This document shows, piece by piece, positions 1 through 11,800 of a stretch of DNA of 64,000 bases. This stretch comes from Heteronotia binoei. Its lineage: Eukaryota. Each line of letters opens with the position of its first letter. Position 1 is the first letter of the stretch. A model generated the notes under the pieces. That model searched no databases. It was given only the letters and a program-made list of their open reading frames with translations, and had not been told where the DNA came from. Position numbers and translations under genes: made by a program. The DNA lies in NCBI RefSeq assembly GCF_032191835.1, contig NC_083233.1:47678001-47742000 (forward strand). The letters run 5' to 3'.

Positions 1-406
1 TCACCAAATTTCCCACAACACACGTAAGAATTTCCCTTGTTGGAACAAAAATTTCTCTCTTCGCTTATTTTAAGCTTAACTGGACTAGGGCTACATTCTG
101 AGAGCACAAAATACGCTTTTCACTGTGAAACAAGCAGTCACGGCACCTGGGTGGGTACCAACTATACTGCAGCTTTAGAGGTGGCAGCCTTGCTTGGAAT
201 AAATTCCTCAGAGCCAGGAGGAGATGCTGAAAATGGCTGAAAGAGATGACACCTGTTCTATTTTTCTTGAGAAGTATCCCTCCCAAGCCACCAAACAGTC
301 TCTCAGACTACAGTCCTTCAGCTCCAAGCCTCCAGAAGCTTATGTGCCCTACCAGCAAAGGCCCTTGCCAAAATACAAAGAAATTCAGAAAAATCACAGG
401 GCCATG

Positions 407-911
407 TAGGGTTTCCAGGTCCGACTCAGGAAATATCTGGGGACTTTGGGAGCAGAGCCAGGAGACTTCAGGAGTGGAGCCAGGAGCAAGGTTGTGACAA
501 GCACGATTGAACTCCAAAGGGAGTTCTGGCCATCCCATTTAATGGGACCATGATCCCTTTAAATGCCTTACCTTCATTGGAAATAATGGAGGGTGGGGCA
601 CCTTCTTTAGGGGTCCATAGAATTTGATCCCCTTGTCCAATCTTTTTGAAATGTTGGAGTTTTTTGAGGAGAGGCATCAAATGGTATGTTGAAGATTTGG
701 TGCCTCTACCTAAAAAAAAATAGCCGCCCCCCCCCCCCCGATCCCCATAAATCAATTCTTCATTATACCTTATGAGGATCAGTCTCCGTAGGGTATAATG
801 GAGTGCCCAGCTGACATTCATCCCCTCCCTCTGCTTTCTGATGACCCTAAAGTGGGGAGAAGGCCTCCAAACCAGGGGATCCCCTGCCTCCAACTGGGGA
901 TTGGCGACCAT
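407..911. mobile_element. Non-autonomous DNA transposon (hAT-like, TAGGGTTGCCA termini)
   Basis: Terminal inverted repeats; same family as, and inverted relative to, 2228-2755 and 44912-45391. Confidence 0.7.
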
Positions 912-2227
912 CGGTTAGCTTGCGAGTGTGTGTGACTGGCCCAAGGTCACCATGAAAGCTCTTGTGGCCTGAGTATCCCAGATTCTGATCCAAAGCACTA
1001 GATCACAGATTAGGGTTTCCAACATCAAATTCTAAAAATTATGCACAAAGGATCTTATAGCCAGCCAATGAACAGTATGATTTTATGGTGACGAACACTG
1101 AAGTTCAGAAGGTTTCAGCTTTCCCATTATTTGAGGGGGGGGGGGGCTGCAGTGCAACCAGCTAGATTGCTTGCAGTTAGCAATGGATGCAGCCCTTAAA
1201 TGGGAGGAGGGATTGCCTGGAAAACGGAATAGAAGGAGGTGGCTGGGTTTCTCTTGACAGCTACATTTAAGCCATGAAGTCCCAGGCAATGACGTTCCTG
1301 AATCAGGAACATTTGGAACTGTATCATGATTCATCCCAAGATCTACCAGTAGATCACAATCCACCCTTCGCCTGCCTCTGATGTTCAAAGTTCACTTTTT
1401 AAAAAGTTCCTTGAAACACAGAAGACTTATTTTCCCATGCTGTTGCCTGAAAGTGCCTTTCAGCCATAAGCAAGGGCAATTATTTACATTCTTGAGTGTC
1501 AAACATTATCTATTTACTTAGTTCATTTATAGTCTGCCTTTCTTGTTGAGACCCAATTACAATTGCAATAAGAAAAGTCTAGTGTAACCTACAATGCAAT
1601 AAAAGTGAATTGCAAAATTACAGAATGATGCATTAAGAGAAGTTTAATACGCGGTACAAGAAACAATGCAACCAAGCATTACTATAGAATCAGAAACCAA
1701 CGCATTGAAAACAGTATACTTCCCTTGGACTCCACAACTTGTTCCAAAGCCTATTCTCATCCTTCGATCAGATATTCTGTTCCCCTGCAGTGCCTGCCAG
1801 GCTAAAAGTAGCTCCAAACACTGATGGCTGAGGGGAAAGGACTGGAGGAACATAATTCTAGGGGCTTATGGAACTGGAGAGGCCATGTGATTTAACTGAA
1901 ATAATGTTTTGGTTGGGTGAGGTCTGGGTAGCACAAAGGAGGGTCCAGAGGGAATCTGGGTCTGGGGGCCTGTAGAAGCCCTGTGAGCATGTAAGCTGAC
2001 TTTAGTGCACAATATAACACAGACTTCAGCATTATCCTCTAGGCTGAATGTTGTTATCTGCAGAAAGGCCCGTGACAAAGATTTCTGCCTCCTCTCTTGT
2101 TTTGGCTTGACCCCTGCATGGCTGGAGACATGCAGCAATAGACCAGAACCCCTTAGCTCTGGTGGTGCAAATTGCAATGGCCAGGGGGCTGAAGTTGGTA
2201 CACAGTTCCTTATTCATTCCTTATTTG

Positions 2228-2755
2228 TAGGGTTGCCAATCCCCAGTTGGGGACAGACGATCCCCCAGTTTGGAGGCCTTCCTCTTGCTTCAGGGTCATC
2301 AGGAAGTGGAGGGGGGGGAGGAAATGTCTGCTGGGCACTCCATTATACCCTATGGAGAACAGTTCCCATAGGGTATAATGGAGAATCAATCCATGGGTAT
2401 TGGGGGCTCTGACAGGCTGGAGTTTTTTTTAGGTAGAGGCACCAAATTTTCAGCATGGCATCTAGTGCCTCTCCTTAAAACACGCCCCCCCCCCCCAAAC
2501 ACACACACAAGTTTCAATAAGATTGGACCAGGGACTCCAGTACTGAGTCCCAAAAGAAGGTGCTCCTATCCTTCATTGTTTCCAAATGGAGTGAAGGCAT
2601 TTAAAAGGCATACAGTCCTTTTAAATGTGATGACCAGAACTCCCTCTGGAGTTAAATTGTGCTTGTCACACCCTTGGTCCTGGCTCTACCCCCAAAGTCT
2701 CCTGGCTCCACCCCCCAACTCTCAGATATTTATTGAGTTGGACCTGGCAACCCTA
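2228..2755. mobile_element. Non-autonomous DNA transposon (hAT-like, TAGGGTTGCCA...TGGCAACCCTA)
   Basis: Perfect 11-bp TIRs; homologous to the copies at 407 and 44912. Confidence 0.8.
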
Positions 2756-2758
2756 CTG

Positions 2759-3037
2759 GAGAGCCAGTTTGGTGTAGTGGTTAAGTGTGCGGACTCTTAT
2801 CTGTGAGAACCGGGTTTGATTCCCCACTCCTCCACTTGCACCTGCTAGCATGGCCTTGGGTGAGCCATAGCTCTGGCAGAAGTTGTCCTTGAAAGGGCAG
2901 CTGCTGGGAGAGCCCTCTCCAGCCCCATCCACCTCACAGGGTGTCTGTATTGGGGGAGGAAGGTAAAGGAGATTGTGAGCCGCTCTGAGACTCTTCGGAG
3001 TTGAGGACGGGATATAAATCCAATATCTTCTTCTTCT
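2759..3037 (+). mobile_element. tRNA-derived SINE (Squam3-like gecko SINE)
   Basis: tRNA-like head (TGGTGTAGTGGTTAAG...GGGTTTGATTCCC) and (TCT)n tail; multiple copies in the window. Confidence 0.8.
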
Positions 3038-3804
3038 ACTTATTCATGACTTTCATTAATTCAGCCAAAAAAGATTGAGGAGAGTTTAAAAGTTCTGAAT
3101 CCCAAAATAAGGCTTAGACCACCATAAATCATACACCCTCATATTCAGGGGACTCTCCCCTTTGAGGGACGTTTCATGGTCCAAAGCGCAGTTTTCGTGC
3201 CAGCTGCCCCAAAGTGGGATGGCCCCAGACAATCACACAGGCAAACACTGGGGGCAGACCACAGCCCAAAACATTTGGACCACCCCAAATGACACATCCC
3301 TCACTCCAGAGACTGTCCCCTTTCCCCCGCCCCAGCAACGTAACACATGTACAAGTGCACAAAAAATAGTCTCTTCTCTTCTCCAGATACAAAATTGTTG
3401 GAATAACTTTACACAGGAAAATATTTTATTTGCTTCCACAAATTTGGAAAGAATGGCAGCTGGCATCTGTATGATGGACTGATGGAACAACAACACTCAG
3501 GACATGGCAAGATAAAGGCCACAGAAGCTGTCTTTAGCAATATTCTGAAGAGACATCCACTTTTGCTGTGTGTCAGTCATGTACCTTAATGTTCCCTCTC
3601 CCACACTGCAGGAGGGAAGACTCAAATTTCCAGGGACACTTCATCAAAAGTATTGGAAACAAAGTCACAATTCAGGTTTTTTATGACTTATTATTTCACA
3701 GTCCATCCATCCTGGTTGGCTTGCAGTTAACTGTACTGTGAGCTTCCAGGGCATGAGGGCCACCAGTGACCAGGGGGCATGTAAACATACTTTTTACTCC
3801 AAAA

Positions 3805-4003
3805 CAGGGTTTTGTTTGTAGAAAATGCCCAGCAGGAACACATTTGCATATTAAGTCACACCCCCTGATGTGACCATTGTTCCGCACAAGACTTTTTAAA
3901 AGAAAAGGTCCAGCAGGAACTTATTTGCATACTATACCACGCCCTCTGACACCAACCCAGCCGGAACTGCGTTCCTGTGTGTTCCTGCTCAAAAAAAGCC
4001 CTG
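3805..4003. mobile_element. hAT MITE (CAGGGCTTTTT TIR family)
   Basis: TIRs and internal direct repeats (GGCCACACCCC, CAGCAGGAAC-CATTTGCATAT). Confidence 0.75.
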
Positions 4004-5115
4004 CCTTAAAACACAATAGTTTAGACCTGGATCCTCCTGTACGTTCTCCTTACTAACCCACTGCTCCTTGGAGCTCTCAAAGCTCACTTCTAAGAAAAGT
4101 CTGTGCACTCCCCAGGTGTGTAGAACAAGGGTTTGTGCCAACTTGAGGTGGCTTTGGCATGCCTTGGTGACAACAGCAAATATCTCACCATAGGAGTCAC
4201 CATCAGACCAGGCACCGTTGAAGGAGAAGAACACTTATGATTGGGAATGATAAATCCATCACACATACAAAGCAAAAATCCATATAAAATGAATGGACTT
4301 TATATATTTGATACTGTTTTGTTCACAGTTTTAGCCACATGGGTGAAGCAACATCACACATGTTAAAAAAAAAAATAACTTTTCAAGTGGCTGATGGTTT
4401 TGCTGAGAATTATAAGCTACTTCACACAGTTATGATTGACAGTCTGAATCTAGTATACCTAAAGCAATGAAAACTATGGATTGTGGCAATTATACTATGA
4501 CATTTTAGTCCTACAAGCCATATTGGAACCACACTCCGTTTCAAACATATTGGTGCATAGGGCACCCCACTTCAGCCCCTCCAGGACTCAAATTCTTCCC
4601 CCAAGCAACTTCCTTCTCCTGCATCCTTTTCCAGGGCTGCTATTGCAGCCGCATTGTAGCTTGCTTTTCTCCCAGCTCCCTCAGTGGCTCTTTGCTTCCT
4701 GCCTCTTGCATCCCTCTCCCCTCCCATCACACTCTCACACACAGAGCACTGTGACTGCTTCCTTCTCCAGGGCTGCTCCTCCTCTTTTGGGGAGGAGAAT
4801 GGGGAGGAAAGAGAGAGAAAAGAAGATTGGAGTCCCATGGCAGGTTTAAGATTAACAATGTTTTATTCTAGGTATAAGCTTTTGTGTGCAAGCACACTTC
4901 TGAGGAGTTAGGGAGGGAGAAAGGGAGGGAGGGTGAATGGATGGATTCTTCTGACAAGCACAATGTGCATTGAGGAAATTGTTTTGGCTTATTCTGAAAA
5001 GTTGTTTTAAACAAGATTGGATTTCTCTGTTCTTATCTGGATTTATTTGCTTTCATAGAGACCCTGATTAGAAATTAGAACACTTGGATTGGTCCTGGGA
5101 CAACCTTTGAGAGGT

Positions 5116-5217
5116 GGGGGGTTTCCCAAGCCTAGTGATGACAAATTGCCAAGGAACTGATACTAGGGCCAGAGGCTGAGAAATCCAGCACTGGGGCTGT
5201 TGGAGAGGAACTTCCCC
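5116..5217. promoter_or_regulatory. Two NF-kappaB-type sites upstream of the TNIP-like start
   Basis: GGGGTTTCCC at 5118-5127 fits GGGRNWYYCC; GGAACTTCCC at 5207-5216 (GGGAAGTTCC on -) fits the relaxed GGGRNNYYCC. Motif match only. Confidence 0.4.
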
Positions 5218-5390
5218 TTCCTGCCTTCTTGACATTCAGCAGCTGACAATGACTCTTTTCCTCTGTGAAAGTCCACAGCAAGACTTCCTGGTTCTAGGGG
5301 CACTGTGGTTGCATGTGTGGAGGGGTGCTGAGCCACTCCAAGGCTTCTGCAAGAACAAACAGAGCTTCTCACACAAAGACATCCCCCGCC

Positions 5391-5536
5391 ATGGAGGCAG
5401 GGTCATTTTTGGCTTTCCAGCATGACAGAACAGACCTCCTAGCTGCTCTGGAGAAGCAGAGCCACACTGGGGACTTTGCCCAAGCTCCATCAGCTGAGAA
5501 GACTCCCAAAGGACAAGATGCAGAGACAAATCCCAG
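5391..5536 (+). CDS. TNIP-like coding exon 1
   Basis: ATG in Kozak context; donor CAG|GTGAGT at 5537; encodes [13 protein letters not shown]...AETNP. Confidence 0.75.
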
Positions 5537-8500
5537 GTGAGTCAAACAGTTTCTCTCTGAGTGATGGGCCAGAATAATTACCCAGAAGGAAAAAGACCAG
5601 GATCAGTCATGGCTGGTCACTGACCTCCTGTGTGGACCTGATGAGCTCCCCAGTTGCACCACCTTTCCTTCCGTAAATTGGAGATACCTGGTTAAACACA
5701 ATAAAAGGTGGAGGTTATATGCTTTCTGTGGGGCAAGCCTCACCTCTTAAAATGCTTGCAATGGTCTCTGGAGAGGGTGGAGATGTGCCTGAGTTCCATG
5801 GCTTTGTAGATTCTTGGATGTGCACTAGGGAGAATTGCACTGAACCCCTGCTCAGCCATGAAGCTCATGTTGACCTAGGGCCAGTTACTGTAACAGATCT
5901 CAGTGGATGGTTATGTAGGTTTGACTCACTAATGAAAACCAGATGTAATTTTTTCTGAGAAGTGGGTGTGGGAAACAACAGCAAGGGCCCCCAGCATGAA
6001 GTCTGAGAAAGCCACACCTTTCAGAATGAGTTTGCACCAAGTTAGAGAAATGAGCCAGGGAGGAAAATCAAGGCTGGGAAATGCCCAGACATGGGCACGG
6101 GGGACGGTGGGGGCGCATATTGGAAAACTCTGTGATGCCGTGTTACGTCATGGCTCCTCAATGAGATTAATCTTCCAGGGGTTCTATGGTCACCCTAAAA
6201 TAATGGAGGGAGTTGATATAAGGTGGGCTTTGACTGGTGATTCAAGAGTTATTTGAATGACTGCTTCTCTTTTAAAGATGATTTGACCCCCCCCACACCT
6301 TTCTGATCTCAGGCAGTGCCCTTCTCACGCACACATCGAAGAAGTCCTGCCTGACAGGAGTGACTCGGAGGAAATCATCACCTATATCTCTGAGAACACG
6401 ACTGTGACTTCAGCTGATGAGGAGAAGCTGCTGCTTCTCAACAGGAATACAGAACTGCGTCGAATCAACAAGGAGGTGGGTGTTGGGAATGAGGGGAAGG
6501 GAGGCCTCATGCCCTGGATCTGGGCAGATTGACAGGACTGAGGCTTGAGAGCCTTTGCAGGATTAAGGTAGAAGAAGATGTGGATCTAAGGTCAGAGGCA
6601 AGACCTAGCCGGGATCCCCAGAGATAAGGACTGGACCCAGTTGAAGAAAATAGCCAAAGAAGCCCAAAGAAGGGTACAAGAAATGTTGGCGGAAGGGAAG
6701 CTGGGCCAGTTTTCTTCCTCAAGCGAAACTCTACTGATAAATTTGCCTCTCCCTTAGGTTTGTTTAAGGGAGGAATCCAGGGCTTTTTCAGGGCCTTTTC
6801 AATGCAGTGCCACAACTATGAATCCCTCTCCTCAGAGACAACTACTGGCCAGGCTTCGTCACCAATCAAGGTTTAAGTTTTCCGATTCTGTTTGCATTTC
6901 TGTTAGATTTTATTAAACTGTTTTTCTGTTACTTTTGTAAAATGGTTTACGTCACTCTGATGTACAGGAAAACAGTCACAATGTTTTAAATGTATTTAAA
7001 AATTACCTTTTGCGGATTCTCTGTCTAAATTAAGGAGCTGTGAGGTGATTATTTGACAGCTTCTGCTCCCCTTTGGGGGCCTCCCACACCCCCATGGGAA
7101 AAACTCCGTTCCAGCAGACACCTCCTATACAATCCTTCCCTGTTACTTCCTCCTCTTTCCACTCCCTACAGCTGATGAAGCTAAATCAGGACTGGGACTA
7201 CATCTATCACTCCACCAGCCTGGGGCTGCAGCACAGAGTGAGGGTCCTGCAGGAGGAGGTGGCTGCGCTCAAGCTGCAAGCACAGAGCCTCTCTGCAAAG
7301 CTAGAACATGAGCAGGTGAGTGCCTGCAGTGGTTTGGCCCCTCCACTTCCACCCCCACCCCACCCCTAGTCTGAACAACCTAAGCCAGGGCCTCATGTTT
7401 TCTTGATTGTATAGGTACTTTCAAATATTTTGAAAATGGAGTGTAGGCACCACGAAATCACCAAATGTTGGGAGGTTGCAAGCCAAACATCTTATGAACA
7501 TATGAAGCTGCCTTATACTGAATCAGACCCTTGGTCCATCAAAGTCAGTATTGTCTTCTCAGACTGGCAGCAGCTCTCCAGGGTCTCAAGCTGAGGTTTT
7601 CTACACCTATTTGCCTGGACCCTTTTTTGGAGATGCCAGGGATTGAACCTATCTTCCTATGATGGAGGCAGCAGTTCCTTCCTGAAACGGTGCTTCCTGC
7701 AGACACAAAGTGGATGCCTCCAGACTTCTTCTGAAGCACCTCCTTCTCCAATGAGGCAGAGGAAAGTCATGGAAAGAAGCAAATGAGCACCAGGAAACCC
7801 ATCAGGGGTCACCATGGTGCCCATAGGCTTACTGACCTAAGGCAGTAAGGGTAGGCAAGGGACAGAGAAGTAAGATTTGGGGAGACAAATGGTGGAGGAG
7901 GCACTGAGTTACAGACAGGAGAGTCCAAGGAGAAAATGCAACTGTGGGACAACTCATGGTTTGGGTTGCCAACCTCTAGGTGAAGCCTGGAGATCTCCCA
8001 GCATTACAAAACTGATTTCCAGACAACAGAAACAGAACAGCTGCTTTGGAGGGAGGATTCTGTGTCATCCCATCCCTGCTGAGGTCTGTCCACTCCTCAG
8101 ATCCTGCCTATCAGGTTCCACCCCCAGAATCTCCAGGAATTTCCCAACGCAGAGCTGGCAACCTTACCAATGACCAAAGACAGATGAAGTTATGTGTTCT
8201 TCCTAGGATGGAATAAGGGAAGGGAAGCAAAAAGCAGGGGCAGGGGTTGAACCATGTATAAGGTCTCAGACAGTTCTCTGCTTCTTCATTCTGTCTGCCA
8301 CAGAACAAGAGAGAGTATTATGAACAGACCCTCTTCCAGGAGCTGAAGAGGAGCCAGTCTTTACAGGAATATGTGAGACACCTGGAAGGCAGACAGTTTC
8401 CCAGCCCAGGCAGGCAGGCAGCACCGGTAAGTTCCAAGGGATCTGTCTGGAGGGCTGGCTCTTGCGACTGGAAAAGGTAGGCCTGTAAGGAAGGAGATGG

Positions 8501-8803
8501 GGTAGCTGGTCTGGCTAACTCTAAGGATAGGAGGACAGCCTCATACCGTCAGAACCATGTGCTTCCTAGTAGCTCAGCATTGTTTCCCTTGAATGGGTGT
8601 GGCTCGAAGGTCTCAGGCAGAAAAAGGTCTTCCAAGCAGCTGCTGGGAGAGATTATTTCGCTGGAGAGGCCAGGAGGTGAAGCCGCCATGTTCTACAGGC
8701 AAGCAGGTGCCTATCATTAAGAACATAAGAGAAGCCATGTTGGATCAGGCCAATGGCCCATCCAGTCCAACACTCTGTATCACACAGTGGCCAAAAATTT
8801 ATT

Positions 8804-8840
<37 letters not shown>

Positions 8841-11800
8841 TGTGGCTAATAGCCACTGATGGACCTCTGCTCCATATTTTTATCTAACCCCCTCTTGAAG
8901 CTGGCTATGCTTGTAGCCGCCGCCACCTCCTGTGACAGTGAATTCCACATGTTAATCACCCTTTGGGTGAAGAAGTACCTCCTTTTATCTGTTCTAACCC
9001 AACTGCTCAGCAATTTCATTGAATGCCCACGAGTTCTTGTATTGTGAGAAAGGGGGAAAAGTACTTCTTTCTCTACCTTCTCCATCCCATACATAATCTT
9101 GTAAACCTCTATCATGTCACCCCGCAGTCGACATTTCTCCAAGCTAAAGAACCCCAAGCGTTTTAACCTTTCTTCATAGGAAAGTGTTCCAAACCTGTAA
9201 TCATTCTAGTTGCCCTTTTCTGCACTTTTTCCAGTGCTATAATATCCTTTTTGAGGTGCGGTGACCACAATTGCACACAGTATTCCAAATGAGACCGCAC
9301 CATCTATTTATACAGGGGCATTATGATACTGGCTGATTTGTTTTCAATTCCCTTCCTAATAATTCCCAGCATGGCGTTGGCCTTTTTTATTGCAATCGCA
9401 CACTGTCTTGACATTTTATCTACCACGACCCCAAGATCTCTCTCTTGGTCAGTCTCTGCCAGTTCACACCCCATCAACTTGTATTTGCAGCTGGGATTCT
9501 TGGCCCCAATGTGCATTACTTTGCGCTTGGCCACATTGAACCTCATCTGCCACGTTGACGCCCACTCACCCAGCCTCAACATTGTCATTCTCCCTGCCCC
9601 ATTCTATCAAGTGAGACCATTTCCTTCTATCTAGCTCAGTAACTTCTTCTCTACCTGGCAGCAGCTCTCAGGTCTCAAGTGCAGGGCTTTTTTTTGTATC
9701 TCCTTTGCATTTTAGGCCACATACCCCTAATGTAGCCAAGAGCTTACAATGTAAGAAGAGCCCTGTAAGCTCTTGGAGGATTGGCTACATCAGGGGTGTG
9801 TGGCCTAATATGTTAAAGAGTTCCTGCTACAAAAAAAAAGCCCTGCTCAGGTGCAAGGTCTTTCCCAGTCCTGAGATCCTTTCAACTGGAGTGGTCATTT
9901 ACACAGTGCCTTACGGAGAACAAGATGACCAGTCCTTGTCCTGAGGAAACTACAATCTACGATTTCAAGTAAGGGAGACAAAAAAGGGAAGGCAGCAGAG
10001 GCAGGAATAAACCAGAGGAATATTCAGTTTACCAGCTAAGGTGTACCTTGAGTGGGGGCTGGCCCATTTTCATTACAGGTGTTCCCAGGCCATCTGTTTC
10101 GTTTATGCCACATATACATTAAATGCCATATTTATATCATTTTTGCACCATTCAGATGTAGATGGTTTGAAACGCAGACATTGATTTTGACAGGGCTTTT
10201 TGGGCAGAAAAAAGCCCAGCAGGAACTCATTTGCATATTAGGCCACACCCCCAATGTCACCATTGTTCCACACAGGGCTTTTTTGTAGAAAAAGCGCAGC
10301 AGGGGCTCATTTACATATCAGGCCACACCCTCTGATACAAAGCCAGCCGGAACTGCGTTCCTGTGTGCTCCTGCTCAAAAAAAGCCCTGGATTTTGATTG
10401 TATATATAACAAATGTCATTAGTGCACGGCAGGGATGGGGGAGTCAAGCATGGCCATGAAATTCAGTAAAGTGTCTGTGGTGGAGCCAGCTGTCTATGTC
10501 AAGATTAGACTAACCCCAAAACTTCCTGTTCTCTTCCTTAGGAATCCCAAGTATCTGCACCCCTCCCTTATGAAGACTTCTCAGCTTCCCAGCACGTGCT
10601 TCCTACAAAGAGCTCAAAGGAGAATATACCAAGCCAGTGCCACACACCAGCTCCAGCTGCCTATGGCCGCAAGCCCGAGGAGTGTCAGTGCTTAGCCCCA
10701 CAGAGCGTAGCTGGGATGGCAGTGGCTGCAGAGAAAGAGGTCTCTGACCTCAAGGACCACCTGGAGGCCCTGAAGTGCCAGGTAATTGAGAGAGGAAAGC
10801 ACTTTCAGCTGCCACATCAGGAAAAAGAACCTCCTGCCTAGCTACACCTTGATGTGTTTGCCAGTGAAGAGCAACATGGAGCATTGTAAGCCAAGGAGGG
10901 GAGCTGTCTGGTAGAGCAAAGCAAGATGCAGCCAGCAAGGGGCCAGGGCTCCCAGTAAGAACTGAGGCCAACTGGGATGGGTGAATGATAGGGCAGCAGC
11001 AGCAGGGCTTTGCAACTGCCAGGGCTCCTGTGCGTCAGACTGTTTAAAATTTATTTACAAAATTCATGTCTTGTCTTTCTGGCCAACCAGGGGCACACCA
11101 AGATGGCTAACATTTGTACTAACCCTCATGGCCGCCTAGGCAAGGCTAACATCTGGCGCACACACACACACACACCCCGCACTGATAACATCACAGAGTC
11201 CCATGGGGGGGCACCCAATTAGGCCACAACCTAGACAATCACCTAGTTTGTCTAGTGGCAGGGCTGGCCCTGCTAACCCTGTGCATGCAGAATCCAAAAA
11301 TCAAAAGCCAACCAAAGGGCAACCAAAATGAGACAAAACTGTTAGCAAGCGTTTGAGTTCCCCAGAATTCTTCATTGGGCTGGGTGCTTTCTAAAAGGGT
11401 GGGGGAGGGGTTGGGATGTTTCAGGCCATGGCTGCAGCCTCGTCAGCACTCTTGAGTAAAATGCAGATGTGAAAGAGCGCTGGCTGCCCACAACCTTTTT
11501 CCACTTCAGGAATGATGCTGGTGAAGCTTTCCCCATGCCTGCAAAGCTGCATCTCTTTAATTTCTCTTGCTCATTCAGCTGTTCACGAGCCAGGAGCCTC
11601 GATAGTGGGAGAGCCTGACAGCTCCAGCAAGGCAAGTCAGAAGCCACTGCAGAGCTCTCTGAACATGGGCATTCACCTTGTGGCCAGAAGCCTTGCAAAT
11701 GGCAGACAAGCCTGCTTCTGCTCTACACTTCTTCTTTTGCAGACAGAGATCTATGAGGCAGATTACAGGACTGAGCAAAAGGATCGGCAGCGAATCAAAG

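Noticed and set aside
37-1900. Several short ORFs and splice-like sites at the left edge (e.g. 224-409, 1644-1853)
   Set aside because: No recognisable homology or phase-consistent chain; a neighbouring gene end cannot be excluded but is unsupported.
2759-3037. tRNA-like heads of the SINEs (also 21028 and 31757)
   Set aside because: No complete cloverleaf; they continue into SINE body and tail, so they are not tRNA genes.
3989-4234. Minus ORF containing NGAWSDG (calpain-like)
   Set aside because: The conserved flanking Trp residues and other calpain motifs are missing; a chance 7-mer.
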